This document shows positions 37,112 to 50,500 of a stretch of DNA of 64,000 nt, piece by piece (position 1 is the stretch's first letter; each line of letters opens with the position of its first letter). The position numbers were made by a program, and so were the translations under genes. A model generated the notes under the pieces. That model searched no databases and was not told where the DNA came from. It saw only the letters and a list, made by a program, of their open reading frames with translations. Source of the stretch: Vitrella brassicaformis CCMP3155 (Eukaryota > Protista > Chromerida); contig CDMY01000040.1 in assembly GCA_001179505.1 (NCBI GenBank), forward strand, positions 141,155 through 205,154, read 5' to 3'.

Positions 37112-39308
37112 CTGCCTGTGTGCGCCGACTGGGCTGAATTGGTTGCTGGCTGTGTGACTCACTGGTTTGTGTCTCTGAGTGCGTGGGTATGGGGCTGGCT
37201 CGGAGTAAGTGGCAAGGGAAAGATCGATGCATTGCAGCCGGCTGTACGGCGGATGGCAAGTTTGGCGCGTTTGGCGCGGCTTTATGGCCGCATTCTTTCT
37301 TGTATACTCTCTCGCTCTTTTTCTCTCACCTTGTGTGACAGCAGGGTGTGACTTTCTGCTTTGCAGGGACGGAGGGCGGTCAAAGGGACCGCCGCCTTAT
37401 CAGTGGCCCGTCTTTTTGTCTCCAGTGCCTGGCTATCTGTTCGTGTCGGCTTGCTCGTTTAGCCTTGCGTCGTTGGGCATGTGCAAGGAGGGCAGAGATA
37501 GCGCATCCGAGCTGGCATTCTCACATCCTAGTCTGGGTACTTCGTGCGTGCATACCCTCTCTCCCCGTAATCTCCCCGTGGTCTCTTCGTACATGGCTTG
37601 CTTGGCTGTCCCGTCTGTACCTCCAACTGCTTGCCGCTTGTTGCCTGCGTGTGCATACGTACGTTTGTATGTCGATTGTTGTTGCCTGTCTGTCTGTCTG
37701 TCAGTCTGGTACACAGTGCGTACAAGTAAGTATTCATGTTACGTACATGAGGAACGGTGAGGACAAGTCTGACCGTTACCCTCTTGCCTGCCTATCTGCC
37801 TACTGGTCTGCGGCCCAGTGGGGGCTTCCCCTGAGATCACTACTGTCAACGGACAATGTGCCTCTCTTCCCTGCTGCCATGACGGGTGAGAGTATTGTGA
37901 TTGACCTGAGAGTGCAGCCCAGCCCATTTTGGGCAATTGTGGTTCGTATTAGTTAAAGGACGCCCTTTCTTCACAGGAGCAGAAGGATACTTGGGCTGGC
38001 ACTTGAAGAAGCAGTGAAATCAGTGAGTGCGGGGTGGGTATCTGTGTTCGTGCGTCTGTGTTAAATGTGGCTTCCCTAGAGACATGAGTGTGCGACGTGC
38101 GCGCGGGTACGTAGGAGCGTTGCTGGTGTGCATGCGGTCATGGTGACAAGCAACGTATCGATTTCGCGGAGAGAATGCCCAGAAGAAGCATTCGGACAAA
38201 CAAACAAACGATTCCAAACGAAACAATCTCGCTGCCTGCTGCTCGGTTTGATCGGAATGACCGATTTTGGTCGCTCATCGAAGGTGAGAGGGCAGCGGGA
38301 CTTTGAACTAGAGGTGACAAATCACTTGGTGCAGTCAACCACACACGCACAGTCATTGTGTTTCTCAACCAAAAATAGATGAACCAGTCAGTACTCCTCT
38401 GCATAGGAACTGAGGAAGAACGAGTCTGATAACTCATCTATCACTCATCGTCGTCGACCTCTTCCTTGCCGAAGGTATTGTCAGGAATGAAAGAAAAGAG
38501 AAACACACGAGCGAAGCAACCAACGCACCCATCCTCCCCACCACAAGAGACAGACAGACAGACAGACAGAAGGGTCGGTGGCTGTGGCACGCAGATGGAT
38601 CAGACCAGTACGCCACGCCACACGCGACTGTATCTACAGGCCTGGATGACTGACGCACAGACAAAGGCCCCCCCGCCATTCACTGCAGTACAGATGACAC
38701 ACCCGGCAGGCAGACAGACAGACAGACAGATAGACAGACAGTTGGGAATGCATGTGCACGGACAGTCAGTGAGCTGGCAAGTCAGGGAGGGAGGGAGTGG
38801 GCAGTGAGTGCAGGGGCGCGGGGACAAGTCGAAAATTCGGCAGAATGCACCGCCGGCAAAGACACAAACGCCTACCGCATTCATTGGAAAAGCACATCCG
38901 TCCGTCCGTCCGTGTATGTATGTGTACAATGAATGTATGACGCAGACGCACAAACACGAAAGAGAGATGGATGTAGAGATGCACATACATGCGTTCACCA
39001 TGGCAAAGGAGCAGCCCAGACAGCACAACCGCCTGCCCAGTCATTAATTGAATCACATCGATGCATGCATCAAGCCACGCATACATACATCTTGTCTGCA
39101 CAGCGATCGATCTACACACACGACAGTAAGTGTATGTACGTATATGTGTGTGTGTGTACACATACCGACGCGCATGTATCGAGCACTCGACAGACGACAA
39201 GCTGCATAAAGAAGCCATACACACAGAAAGAGAGAGTAAGTGGCCTGCGGGTATTCGAATGGACTAATTGCATGGGTACCTGTGATGCGATTGATCTCTC
39301 AATTGCAA

Positions 39309-39994
39309 CTATCTTCGCCTCTTGCTCGATCGCCTCTTGGATGTGGCCTTGCGACTGAACTCTGCACAACGGGCAAGATACCCGGAGAGACAGACAGACA
39401 GAGAGAGACGATCTTTATGCGTCTGTATGTTTGTTTGTATGGGATTTGTGTCTTTCATTTCTGACCGTCGTCTTCCTCGGGCACCCACTCCTCATCGCCG
39501 TCGCCGCTCGCCTTGGCCCTCATCCTCTTGTTCTTGGTAGCAGCCTCGACCTCGACCTCGTCCTCGTCGATCGCCTTCTCGAGCGATGTGAGCGCCACGT
39601 GAGGGATGAAAGGAGAGAGGGAGTGAGTGACTGTGCGTGACCTCTGTATTTCGTGTGGATCTACGTACCTGCTGGTAGATGCTTGTCCCGGGCAGGAGCA
39701 CCTGGTCGGCAGCAATGTTATCGAGGGCCTGCAGGGATGATCGCCAGCACAGCCGATATGCATCCTCGGCACCGCCGCCACCACCTCCCGCATGCGGGAC
39801 CCTTCCTCCTCTTGATGTTTCCCTCTCCCCAATAGTCAGCAGCTTTTCCGCCACATCAGGAGGGCACGGCAGCTCACACAGCTCGCCCGTCGTGCCACTG
39901 CTGCTCACATCGTCTTCCGTGTCAAGGGTCTCCCCAATGTGGCGTGGATGGACTCTGCCGGATCTCTGTCCAGCAAGGACGCGCAGACTGATCT
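39309..39994 (-). pseudogene. Hypothetical gene with acidic/basic C-terminus and no visible start (5' end abuts the duplicated block)
   Basis: Exons ...ELCELPCPPDVAEKLLTIGERETSR...DAYRLCWRSSLQALDNIAADQ, EKAIDEDEVEVEAATKNKRMRAKASGDGDEEWVPEEDD|EFSRKATSKRRSSKRRR* (TAG 39309-39311). The frame is open into 39995 and beyond without its own ATG. Confidence 0.45.
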
Positions 39995-42900
39995 CAAGCT
40001 CGCAGTTGCAGACAATGAGCTCCGCAAATCTTGTGTGTTTTTGTGAAGTGGAGGTCGCCGAGAGGCAAGAAAACTCAGGCCCACATCTCGGCTGCGACCG
40101 GCAGCAGCTGAGCAAAGAGGCCCCACAAGCGCGGCCGAGCGACGAGGGAGGAGGTGCTGCAGAGGGCAAGAGTGGCCGGCGCCCGGAACCATTCGACGAA
40201 GAAGACGATGAGTGTCACGGAATCGTCGGAAAGCAGCCTGGCAAGCAGCCGAGCATTTGCACCAGCCACGGGAGCGGTGAAAATTGGCCGCCTGAATCGC
40301 CTGGATCGCCGACAGATGGGCATGATGTGGACGAGCGGGGCGAGTGGAGGACAGAGGCGAGGAAGCGTAAAGAGATGGTTGCTCATTTCCACGAGGGGGC
40401 AGGCAGCAAGTTGGCGGCCTACGAAGAGTTTCCCAGTACCCTTCGATACGAGACGCGAGTCAACGACAGCGGGGAGGTCGAAGAGAAGCTTGTCGGGATA
40501 GCGTTCACTCCCGAGCCTTTCATCAACACTGCACGGAGAGTCGCTCGTGTCCTTTTCTTTCAACTTGCAACTGCATTGGTCTTTGCAATCGCATGGGCGC
40601 TCTTCTGTCTGGGTAAGACAAAGCCAACTTCACATGCAAGGAAAGAAGATGTATCTGGACGGATGCCATCATGACTGTGCGTTTATGTAAGGTTGCTGGC
40701 CGATGTGTGAGTACAAGAGCTTCAGTCGCGGGGTGCCGTGGATAGTACTTGATTTCCTTCGTGTGCTGCTTATCTATGTTGAGTATACCGCCGCCGCACT
40801 CCTAATGGCCGAAGGGGATGGAAGACTAGCTTTGCGACGCCTTGTCTCGTGCGGGTGGATTTTTGTGCCTGGCGGACTCTTTTTGTTTTCAAGGGCGGTG
40901 GTGCACCACTTTTTCGGAGGATTCAGAGTCCTATACAGAACTTACGTGACGCCCCCCGCGGCGTTTGTCGTCACCTTCCCTTTGGCGTTCATCTTCTTTC
41001 GCTTCAGCGCCCACAGGAATAAGACCGTTATGCGGCACAGGAAGATGATCTATTCCTCCCAGCTGACGGTGATATTTTCTTCACAACTGTCACTCGCAAT
41101 CGTCATGTAAGTAAATGCCGATATCAACATTCGATGTTGGCCTGCCTTTTGTCTTTCTCCGTCAGCCGAATATTTCTCCTCCCCCTGGCCACGGGAGACA
41201 CGACCGATGGGGAGCGGACACGAGTTGCATTCGGTTTCCTACTGATCACGTGGCCATTCCTTGGACTAGGTACGTTTGTTATGAGATGATGCTGATGTGG
41301 CCGCGACTGCCTAGCCGTTCTTACCAATCAGTGACGGCCACCAATCGGGCTATTCGGGACGGATCAGCACTGCAGACAGCACCATGTCTCGCCTTTGGGG
41401 CTGTTGCGCATGCTTTGTTTCCTCGCATGTAAGCAGCGCCCGAGTGAGAGACGAATATACGTGATCCATTGTTCTACAGGCTTCAGTCAAAAATGGCATT
41501 GCTTTCGCCGCATCAAATCCTGACATCTGTCGCTCTCGGGTAAGGTCTGCCTGACATATTGGCCCCTGCCATTCGGTGCTCTGTCCAGGTGCTTCGACCT
41601 TTTTACAGACATCGCGATTCCATATTGTATGCAAGCATCGATATATTGCATTCCAAATCATGTCTCTTCACGATTCTTCTTGCGTGAGCAGGTGTTCTCA
41701 TTGGTGGCGCGAGCAGCAGGCTATTCATACGACTGGTGGCCCGCTTCAAGCCGAACCAAAGGGAGACGCAAGATCAGCACGCCGATGCTGTCGACATTAT
41801 TGCCGTCAGGGATGAGAGCAACAGCGATCGAAAGCCCGGCCCTCGACTGAGTCGTCTTTCCACGAGGGCGGCATCGTACCGCCGCTCGAAGAGTGCGGCA
41901 TTCGATCGCCTCCGCTGCATGTTAAGCCGCTCGTCGCTTGCATCCCACCTGAATACGATACTTGACGCGCAGTCCAAATTCGTGACGTCTGGGTACCATC
42001 CCATGTTCCTTCGTCGACTCAGCGACGTGAGCACTTGAGAGCATATGGGGAAAACAACGACGGGAAGAGCCCTGCATTCCACCCATGTATGTCTCCTCTC
42101 CCTGTTGATTGAGTACAGCAAGTCTATTTGTACGGCCTGGCGGAGCTGACCGCACTGGTACGAACACAGGCAGGGAGGCAGGGAGGCAGGGAGGCAGGGA
42201 GGCAGGTAGGCAGGGAGGCGATGCATCCGTTCTGTCACCTTACTTACAGATCTTCTCCAATTTGTGCTCCATCATCTTCGAACAGGTGCTGTGTGTGGAC
42301 GTGCAGTATGCACACGTGCCTGATATGTGTTTCGTCATGCAGATGTTGTCTCCATCTGGCGAGCGGTTGGCGGAGAGACTGGCCGGCCTGGGGGTCCTTG
42401 TGCTTATCGAGATGAGCCTCGAATTCCTACTCTTCTGCGTGAGCTACATAGCTCTTCATTAAGCCTCAAACACAAGGGCAATTCCATCCATTCACTATCT
42501 GCCTGGGTGTGGCTGGCTGTCTTGTCTTGGTGCGTTGGATGCAGTACATGGTTCGTGTGATCAATTTGCCATTGATCAGGAGCGAGAGGGAGCCGAAGGC
42601 CGTGAGGATGCGACTCATGGGCATGTTCTTCACGGGCAGCATCTGTGTCGTACACGGTGCCTCACACATGGTCATGTTCGTTTTGCAGTCGTTGGACAGA
42701 GAGGCATATGGCAGTGTGGAACTGCGCGACTACTGTCCGCACGACTCTTTCCTCTTGCGGAGACACATGGGGGCATAATTGATTGAAATCAGCCAGCCAG
42801 CCAGCGAGTGAGTGAGATATCCGTATGCCGTGCCGTGCTCGGCTAAGTCAAGAAGCGGCCGGCTGTCGCCAAGGTTTTCATGTCTCATGTAGGTAGGGCT

Positions 42901-43216
42901 GATTTTGGCGAGTGGTGCCCGAGGCCTCACGTACTAGGACTTAATTGGTTGTAATTGGCGAGGAAGCGGAGCTTCGGTGTCGAATCGCTCCATCTCACCA
43001 ATCTCAGTTGTCTGCGTTCGTGCGATGAGTGAGACTGCTGCAGGCGTTGCACGTCAATGAGCGGTTCATCCACACACACACTGTCAAGTCAGTCGGCAAA
43101 TAGAGGACATCCAAAAGTCGTGTCACTACCATCCATCCATCCATTGCACCCTGCCATGTGGTTCCTCAGTCACTCCCCATCAAAAGCGATGCACTTTGCC
43201 TGTCTATTTCACCCAC
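39995..43216 (+). repeat. 3.2 kb segmental duplication, copy 1
   Basis: Colinear with 58376-61608, from aagctcgcag to ...gcactttgcctgtctatttcacccac. Identity is about 90% by eye (not computed). Confidence 0.95.
40015..42778 (+). CDS. Polytopic membrane protein (~10-11 predicted TM helices), paralog A, family unknown
   Basis: The reconstructed exons join in phase: VLFFQLATALVFAIAWALFCL|GCWPMCEYKSFSRGVPWIVLDFL...|IRIFLLPL...AFGFLLITWPFLGL|...|GCFDLFTDIAIPY|CVLIGG...|QVYLYGLAELTAL|IFSNLCSIIFEQ|...LIEMSLEFLLFC|YMVRVINLPL...RRHMGA*. Confidence 0.8.
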
Positions 43217-43297
43217 GACAGGCAAAGTGGAAGGATGTCCTCTATTTGCCGACCGACTTGACAGTGTGTGTGTGGATGAACCGCTCATTGACGTGCA
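43048..43297. repeat. 65-bp inverted repeat (43048-43112 / 43233-43297) plus nested 13-bp inverted repeat (43192-43204 / 43217-43229)
   Basis: The long arms match at 64/65. cactttgcctgtc / gacaggcaaagtg is perfect. The right-hand arms start exactly after the duplication endpoint at 43216. Confidence 0.92.
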
Positions 43298-44109
43298 TCG
43301 AAAAAAGGTAGTCGGTGGCCAAGCAGACAGGCAGACGGGATGATGTGGCCTCACTGCCATCCATCCATCCATCCATGCCTGCTTTGCATGCAGCTCACAC
43401 CGACGTGCCCACTCAGTGACAATGTGCAGGCAGGCAGACAGGCTGGCAGGGAGGGAGGGAGGGAGGGGGTGGGGTGGGTGGTCTGTGCGGTTGGCTACTT
43501 GTGGGTCACAAATCCGCGGAACGTGCGATACGCAAGGTTGTCTAGGGCCACTGCGGACACGCAAGGTTGTTCATGTCCACCCACCCATGCCTTGTCTGCC
43601 CCTCCCTCCCTCTCTGCACATGCCTACACTGCAGACGGTTTTTTTTGCGTTTTAGAAGACCTTCTTGAACGGAAGGTCTCGTGGCAGCGTGTCCAGCGTG
43701 TGCAGCGTGATGATGTTGTCACGCAACGAACGATCCGCCACGCCAATGCGAAGCCCATACCTGACACGTAAGGCAACGCACACAAACACACAGACACACA
43801 GACACACAAACACACAGGCAGAAGGAAACGGGATCAGAGACCACCTTGATGCGTCTTGTCTTGTCTGTCTTGTTTGATGCTGTGTTGTGTCTCTCCCAGG
43901 TCTTCCAATGCAAATCCGTCATCGACTGTCCACTGACCATTTCAGTCAGCCACAAGGCAGATACCACGGAAAGAAAACCAACCAGGCATCAGACACCGCC
44001 ACACTGGCATCCCTTCTGTCTGTTGGTTGGTTGGCCGTCTCCGGTAGTCAGTCGTCCTTGCAAAAGTAAAAGTACCTTTAGTCGTCCATCCTTAAACCTC
44101 TCACATCGG

Positions 44110-44824
44110 TCACTTGGCACCAGCCTGGTTGTTTCGGATCTTGGCCAGCTTGGTCAGGTCGAACTCGATGTAGAGGGGGAAGTGGTCCGAGGGATTTTCA
44201 CCCTGCGACACACACATACACACATACAGACACAGAGACAGGGACAGAGAAAGAGAGAGAAGAGGGAGGGAGGAATTCGTTGCTTGCAATGAGCACTTGT
44301 TGGCTGCGTACTCACCCTCCCGATCCACTCGTCCTTTTTGATGGGATACCGCGGCGGCTCGATGAAGGGCAGGTGCGCGTCTTTGTAGGCCGCTCCGTGG
44401 TTGAGCGGCTGCACTTTCGTAATGGCATTCCAGAGGTTCTGGCTCACCTGAATGCCACAACCAACGAACACTTCAGGTAGTCATCAAAGCAGCCGGCCGT
44501 GCGGTTTACTTACGAGTATGTGGTCGAGGAGGGAACGCTTTCCACTCCACGTGTAGCTGCAGATGGATGCCAGACAATGAAGGAGGCGCATGTGCTCGCT
44601 GCCCGCAGCAAGCTGTGTTTGCGGCTTAGATGCGGTGAAGGTTGAGCAATTAGGTACCTAAATTTGCGCCACGTCTCCACTCCTCCGTATTTGGCGGACT
44701 TGCCGATTGCGTTGGTGAGCTGGTGGTTGGTCTTGAAGCGCTGGCTGTGGGCGCCGTACTTGATGATGGGAAACACCCATGAGGTAGCCCAAGGCTTTAC
44801 ACACACACACACACACACACACAG

Positions 44825-44856
<32 letters not shown>

Positions 44857-47299
44857 GCATTGGTATGCTGCGGCGAGTCTTTTCTTTCATGTCTCACCGA
44901 TTCCTCCTCGTCACTAAGGCTGGTGGCCAGCTCGAGAAATGATTCATTTCCAGCAGCGAGCGGCCCAGGTAGCATGAACTCCTCCTCAGGTTCTTCTTTC
45001 TCATGCTCTCTGACATACAACACAACACAACACAGCACAGCACAGCAGAGTACGACATTGCCTCCCTTCGTAGTCAGTCCACTGACAGTGGTGACGCTCG
45101 GGCAGCCCTCCCAGCTTCAGCCTTTTTCGCAGCTTCCTTTGCCGTCTTCTTCTGTTTCTTCTGTTTCTTGGCCGCTGCTTAAACCGCTGCTTCAGCCGCT
45201 CTTTTCTCCTGCTTCTCCTGCTTCTCCTTCTCTTTCTGCAACTTTGCCTCTAGGTCTGCCTGCTCCTTTGCCTCAATCTTCGCGACCGCCTTGTCGTAGT
45301 CAATGGTCTCTTTGACCTTGGCCAGGTACTCCTGAGGCCACGCATCGCACGTGGCAAGAAAGGCAGACGGCGGATCGTCACATACAAAGAAGTGTTCGGT
45401 GTTAGTCGAAGCCTTCCATTGGCAGCTCGTACGGGTGCGTCGCGTTTTCCTTCTCCTGGTGTCGTGCATCACGCGTAGAGGGCTGCTGATCGTCGTATTC
45501 ATTGAAGTCGCCCTGCAGAGGGTGACACACAGATGTGTTGAAGAGCAGACAAGGCATGGTGGCGCTGCTTCCATTTCGTGGGCAAGTGAGGTACCATGAT
45601 GATGATCTCATGGTCTCCCGGGACAGATGTCGCTGGATGACAGACACAGAGACACAAGTATCCCGATGTCGACAGGTGTTGCATGTTGCTGCAGCTATGT
45701 GTGCTACTGACTCGATGAGCTGATCGAGCAGGACGGCTTCGACCTCTCGATACATACACGCGGACTGGCCTGCAAACGTAGACACACAGACACACATATC
45801 CAAAGGTCCGTTCGCCTTCCCTCTTGAGTTCAGCTGCTGTGTGTGCATACTTGTGGGGATGCTCTTAAGGTGGACGGTGAGTATGGTGAACGGGATGCCC
45901 TTGACGTTGGCGTCCATGCGGGCGACTTTGTTGAGTCCGATGCCTTCCGGCTCTTCTTTGTAGTTGAATTCCCTGCCGAATTCGACGCCGCTGAACTGGC
46001 AGGGACAATTGGCAGATCGATCCACCTTCGGTGCCCTCCGCCTCGACCAATCTCTGGCTAGTGGGCCTTGTCATGTCCCACCTTTTGGCACAGGGGGTTG
46101 ACTGTCGCAAAGGTCAGCGGAGCGACACTCATGCATATGGCAAAGGGGCGCATGCGTGACTTATGTGTGTACGTGGTTGTGATGGGTTCGACTGGATTAA
46201 TTCTGCTGAGAAAGCCCACTTGCTGGTAGACGTGGAAGTCGTTCCCGGTGATGTGATAGGGACCTTTAGTTAAAGTCATGCACGGCAATGCCGAACACAT
46301 GCCCAGGACAATGCAGAAGGGACAAACACGTGCAGCATGGGTAGCCATACGTATACGCGTTTGAGCGATTGTTGCATTTGTATGGAGACACGGCCATGTG
46401 TACACCTGCATACCGAAGCCCTTGCGATCGAGGCCCGACAGATCCAACAAGTCTCTAAAGACGTGGCAGCCGTCGATCTGCATGACATACGCACAAACAC
46501 ATCCACACGAAACAGCGCGCGAAGCGCATTACATACGCAAGGCCTCACCTCTGACAGCGAGATGACATCCAGGCCGTCTCCGTGCTCCTTGGTGATGTTC
46601 GTGTTAAAGTAGCTGAGCCAGCTCGCCACGTCGTTGATCCGGTTCCACTGTCATTGCCGCAGTACAACAAAGCACTGTACTTGGCATTTGCAGCTGATTG
46701 ATGCATGCTTACCTGATTGATGCATGTCACGCCCTGGTTTTCGGATGTGCCCTTGCTGACGTCCTTGGCGAACTTCTGCACTTGGGAGGCGTACTGTATC
46801 ACTTCCACGCGTCCGGCTTTTGCGCATTCCCGCCGCGCGACTGTTGGTGCTTCGTCTTCGGTCTTTTCCCGTCAGCTGGGTGCTCGAATTCGGGTGTCTC
46901 GATGCAGTCAGCGATGTTTTGCCAGAAGACTGGGCACTGATATACCTCGTTTTTCAGCTGCTCGTCCTCAACCTGCCTGCTGGCGCGAAGGGACGCGGGC
47001 GAGAACATCCACTCGACATTCTGCGCCGGGAACACATGCTAGGGAACACATGCACAGTCAGGAGTGTCGCACATTCTGCACCACTCGAACCCAGTGCAAA
47101 ATTCGGAGTTTGTCATCGGGTTTCTCGTATTCCGAGGGCCGCTCTTGTTGTTCTCGGGGCATTCCTGCTTGGGCGGTTTGGGCAGCTCCGGCCTCTCTTC
47201 GAGGGCGCAGGAGTGCTCAATTGTTTCGGCGGACGAAAGGCAGACCAGAAAGGCCGAGGCAGCCGCGAGAAGAAAAACAGGGGCGCTTGACATCATCAT
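44110..47299 (-). CDS. Secreted endonuclease/exonuclease/phosphatase (DNase I-like, EEP) protein with several frame breaks; may be a pseudogene
   Basis: Signal peptide MMMSSAPVFLLAAASAFLVCLSSA. EEP motifs in order: GLDVISLSE, QVGFLSR, ILTVHLKS, HEIIIM|GDFN, YTWSGKRSLLDHIL, GENPSDHFPLYIEF; stop at 44110. Confidence 0.85.
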
Positions 47300-47512
47300 G
47301 GGTTCCGTCACTCCGTCATCGAGGTTGAGACGGGCCCCCAAACCCGGATCGCCGGTCCTTCAAGTTCCCCCCCGTCTCCGGACCGGCTTTGCATGCATTT
47401 CGCGAAGCGCGAAGCGTAGCCCATACAATATTAAAGCGGAGCGGCTCAGCGGAGTCCCGGCATCGTTCCCCAACTCTCGAACTTCTCCCCACACCCCTTT
47501 CCGGCTTGTGCG
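47300..47512. promoter_or_regulatory. Short head-to-head spacer, probable bidirectional promoter for two secreted-protein genes
   Basis: Divergent ATGs at 47299 (minus) and 47513 (plus), both followed by signal peptides. Confidence 0.4.
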
Positions 47513-50500
47513 ATGAATTCCTCACGGATTGTCGTCACCTTGCTTCTCATAGCGCTGGGATCTGTGACGGCCAACAAGGGTCTGCGAGGGCTCCAAGGGG
47601 GAGTGGTGTGTGGTGATGCGGCGGCCGAATGCGATTATGACGACAGTGGCGAATTGGTGTGCGAGGAATGCGACGACGGTCGGGTTCTTTTGCCATGCAT
47701 CGATGAGTCCCATTGAGTCCCGTCATCCGTCACTCACTCATTCATTCATTCGGATGTGGTGCGTGTGTGTCCTGGTGTTCTGCAGGAAACAAACAAACTG
47801 GCGACGGATGCAGCCCTGAATGTACTTACGTATCTGCATTATCATATGTGTGAAGACATATACCTATCATCTACCTGCACGCAGGCACAATCGAGCCCAA
47901 TCATCGTTGCTTCGTCCAGAGAGATCCGTCGCATTGCTGGAGCGTGTCGTGTCCTTGTGAGAGCGTCATGCATATCAAGACCGAACAAGAGGTCGCATTT
48001 GGGGAATTAGAGTCCTATCTCACACACACACACACACACACAGACAGACAGAGACACCATTCACCAAAGTATGTGTTTGGGATGTGTTTGTGTGCATGTA
48101 TCCATGAAGCTGGAGCTCTATTACACCGGCTCGCCCGTTGACAACAAGACACGGACAGCCGCGGATCCCAGTGACTGCGCAGCACAATGCCTGGCCATCG
48201 AGGCGTGCAGAGTGTTTGCGTGGGCCGAGGAACCAGATGAGTTGGTGGAGCCGAAGTGCCATCTATTCAAGGACATGCAAATGTTAAAAGACTGGACGGG
48301 CTACACCTCAGGCACCAAGCTGTGCGCTCCAGGGCCATGTGGTACGTACACAGAGGTTTCTTGGTCAAGTAGATGTGTTTCTACGTATGCGTATGCGTGC
48401 ATACTTTTGTGTGGTGTGGGCATGGTCTGTGTGTTTCTTCAGCCACCACCACCCCTCCGACCACCTCTACAAGCACGTCCACATCCACAGGTAAGTGCGT
48501 ACGGATATCACACGTACGGACTGTCCCCTGTCTGTCTGTCTATCTGTCTGTGTTGCGCTGTCTCTCTACACTTGCCCTTACTGTGACCACAGCTGCGCCC
48601 ACCACCACGACCAAGCCGACTACAAAGACCCCGACGACCACGACGGCCAAGCCCACTGCTCCACCTGCTCAGCCGCCGGCTGAATGTGCCAAGCCGGAGG
48701 GACCCGTGCTCGAGTGGCTCTTTGAAGGCGATGGCGACCAGATCCTCGACACGTCGGGCGCAGGCCATCATGCGCCTATCCATGAGGGCACTCGCATCTT
48801 CGACACTGAGAGAGGCGGCCAAGTGCTGGCGTTGTCGCAGCCCCACAGCTCCATCATTGTGTCCCTCTCGCAAGCGCCGAAAGCTGGCGGGCCCTTCACA
48901 GTCTCATTTTGGCTGTACCCGACCCACTTCGCATACACGTGAAACAATGTAATCACCAAATCCGACTCAGTCTCCACCGACCAGCTAAAGCTTCTGTGTG
49001 GCCTTGTGTCACTTATGCAGTACGTCGGTCCGGGGTGGGGCGTCTTTTTCTTCCGATCGAAGTCTAACGGCGTGATCAACATCGGCACGACGAATGGACA
49101 GCGTTTCACTAAAAAGGAATATGCGCCCGGCCTCGTCGAAGCCGACAAGTGGACGATGGTGACATTCTCGCAAGACGCCGAGGAGCTGTGTCGCCTCTAC
49201 TTTGACGCGGAGCTTATGGGATCGAAGGATATGAATGCGACGGGCGAGTGGACTACCCCTACCCGCTTCAAGCTCAAGAGAGTGGGCGGTCGCATCGATG
49301 ACGTGATGCTGGTCGATCGGCAGCTCAGTGGTGAGGCGGTCATGCAACTGTACCAAGGCTGCCGTATGCCAGCTACCACACCAATACCCAGCACAACAAC
49401 AACGACTCGTAAGCCTGCGACCAGCTCGACCACGAGCACCAGCACAGGTCAGAGACACCATCAATCCACTGGTCCATCGACGGAAACCATGTGACAACAT
49501 GTATAATGCCGTTGTTTGTTCATGGATGTACTCGCTCCTACAACCACAGCTGCGCCCACCACCATGCAACTCACAACCACAGGTGAGTCGCAACGAGCGA
49601 GCAAAGACATGGTTCTGCACCGCATTCTTGAATAAGTGAGCAGTTTCATCAGTTGGTGGCCTTTATTTGTTTCCTCTCATCTGTCCATGCAGCTCCTCCT
49701 ACGACCACAACAACGGCCACAACAAGCACCATCACCACAGGTACGTCAGGTTCCTCTCAGGTAGAAACCATTTTTCTGCGCGCGTTGTGTATATATATGT
49801 ACATTTTTATCTGACTGCCCGTCCAACTACAGCAGCGCCGACCACTACACAGCCAACAACCACAGGTGAGAGAGTCAGGCAGGCTAAAGGCAGCAGTCAG
49901 CCACTTGTGGGGAATCTTGTTTTTCTTCCGTGCGTCGCGTCTGCTTTTCTGTCAGTCGTTCCGTCCACCACGACCACCCTCAAGCCGACCACCAAGCCGA
50001 CCACTCCTCCCACCGAGCCCCTCGATGATTGCGTGCGGCCACCAGGTGCAATCCTTGTGTGGCTCTTCGAAGGAGAAGGAGACGAGATCACCGACAGCTC
50101 TGGGCAGGGGAACCACCCATCGATCGGAGACAGTACCAGAGTGTTCGATGAGGAGAGAGGCGGTCAAGTCCTGTCAGTACGTAAGGGGCACCAGCAGATC
50201 CGTGTGTCGCCCGTGTGGGGCCTTCCGGCAGGACATCCCTTCACAGTCTCGTTCTGGATCAAGGTCTGCTGAATAACCAAACAAGAACACGGGCATGACA
50301 AGGGCATACACATGATCTTGCCTGTCTGTCTCCTTCAGCCGCTCGATTACGTGACAGCATCAAAGGCTAGCAACAGGGACTCAATAGGAGCGTAAGAAAG
50401 GGAGCGGGACAGACGAGTGAACATAAGTTGATCGTTTGTGTGATCCCACGCAGCGGATGGGGCACGTTCCACTTCAGAGGTACACATCACACCCAGACAC

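Noticed and set aside
41685-41687. In-frame TGA conserved in both membrane-protein paralogs (possible selenocysteine or readthrough)
   Set aside because: It lies inside a 65-nt intron (41627-41691, t|gtatgc...gagcag|gt) whose removal gives a clean frame.
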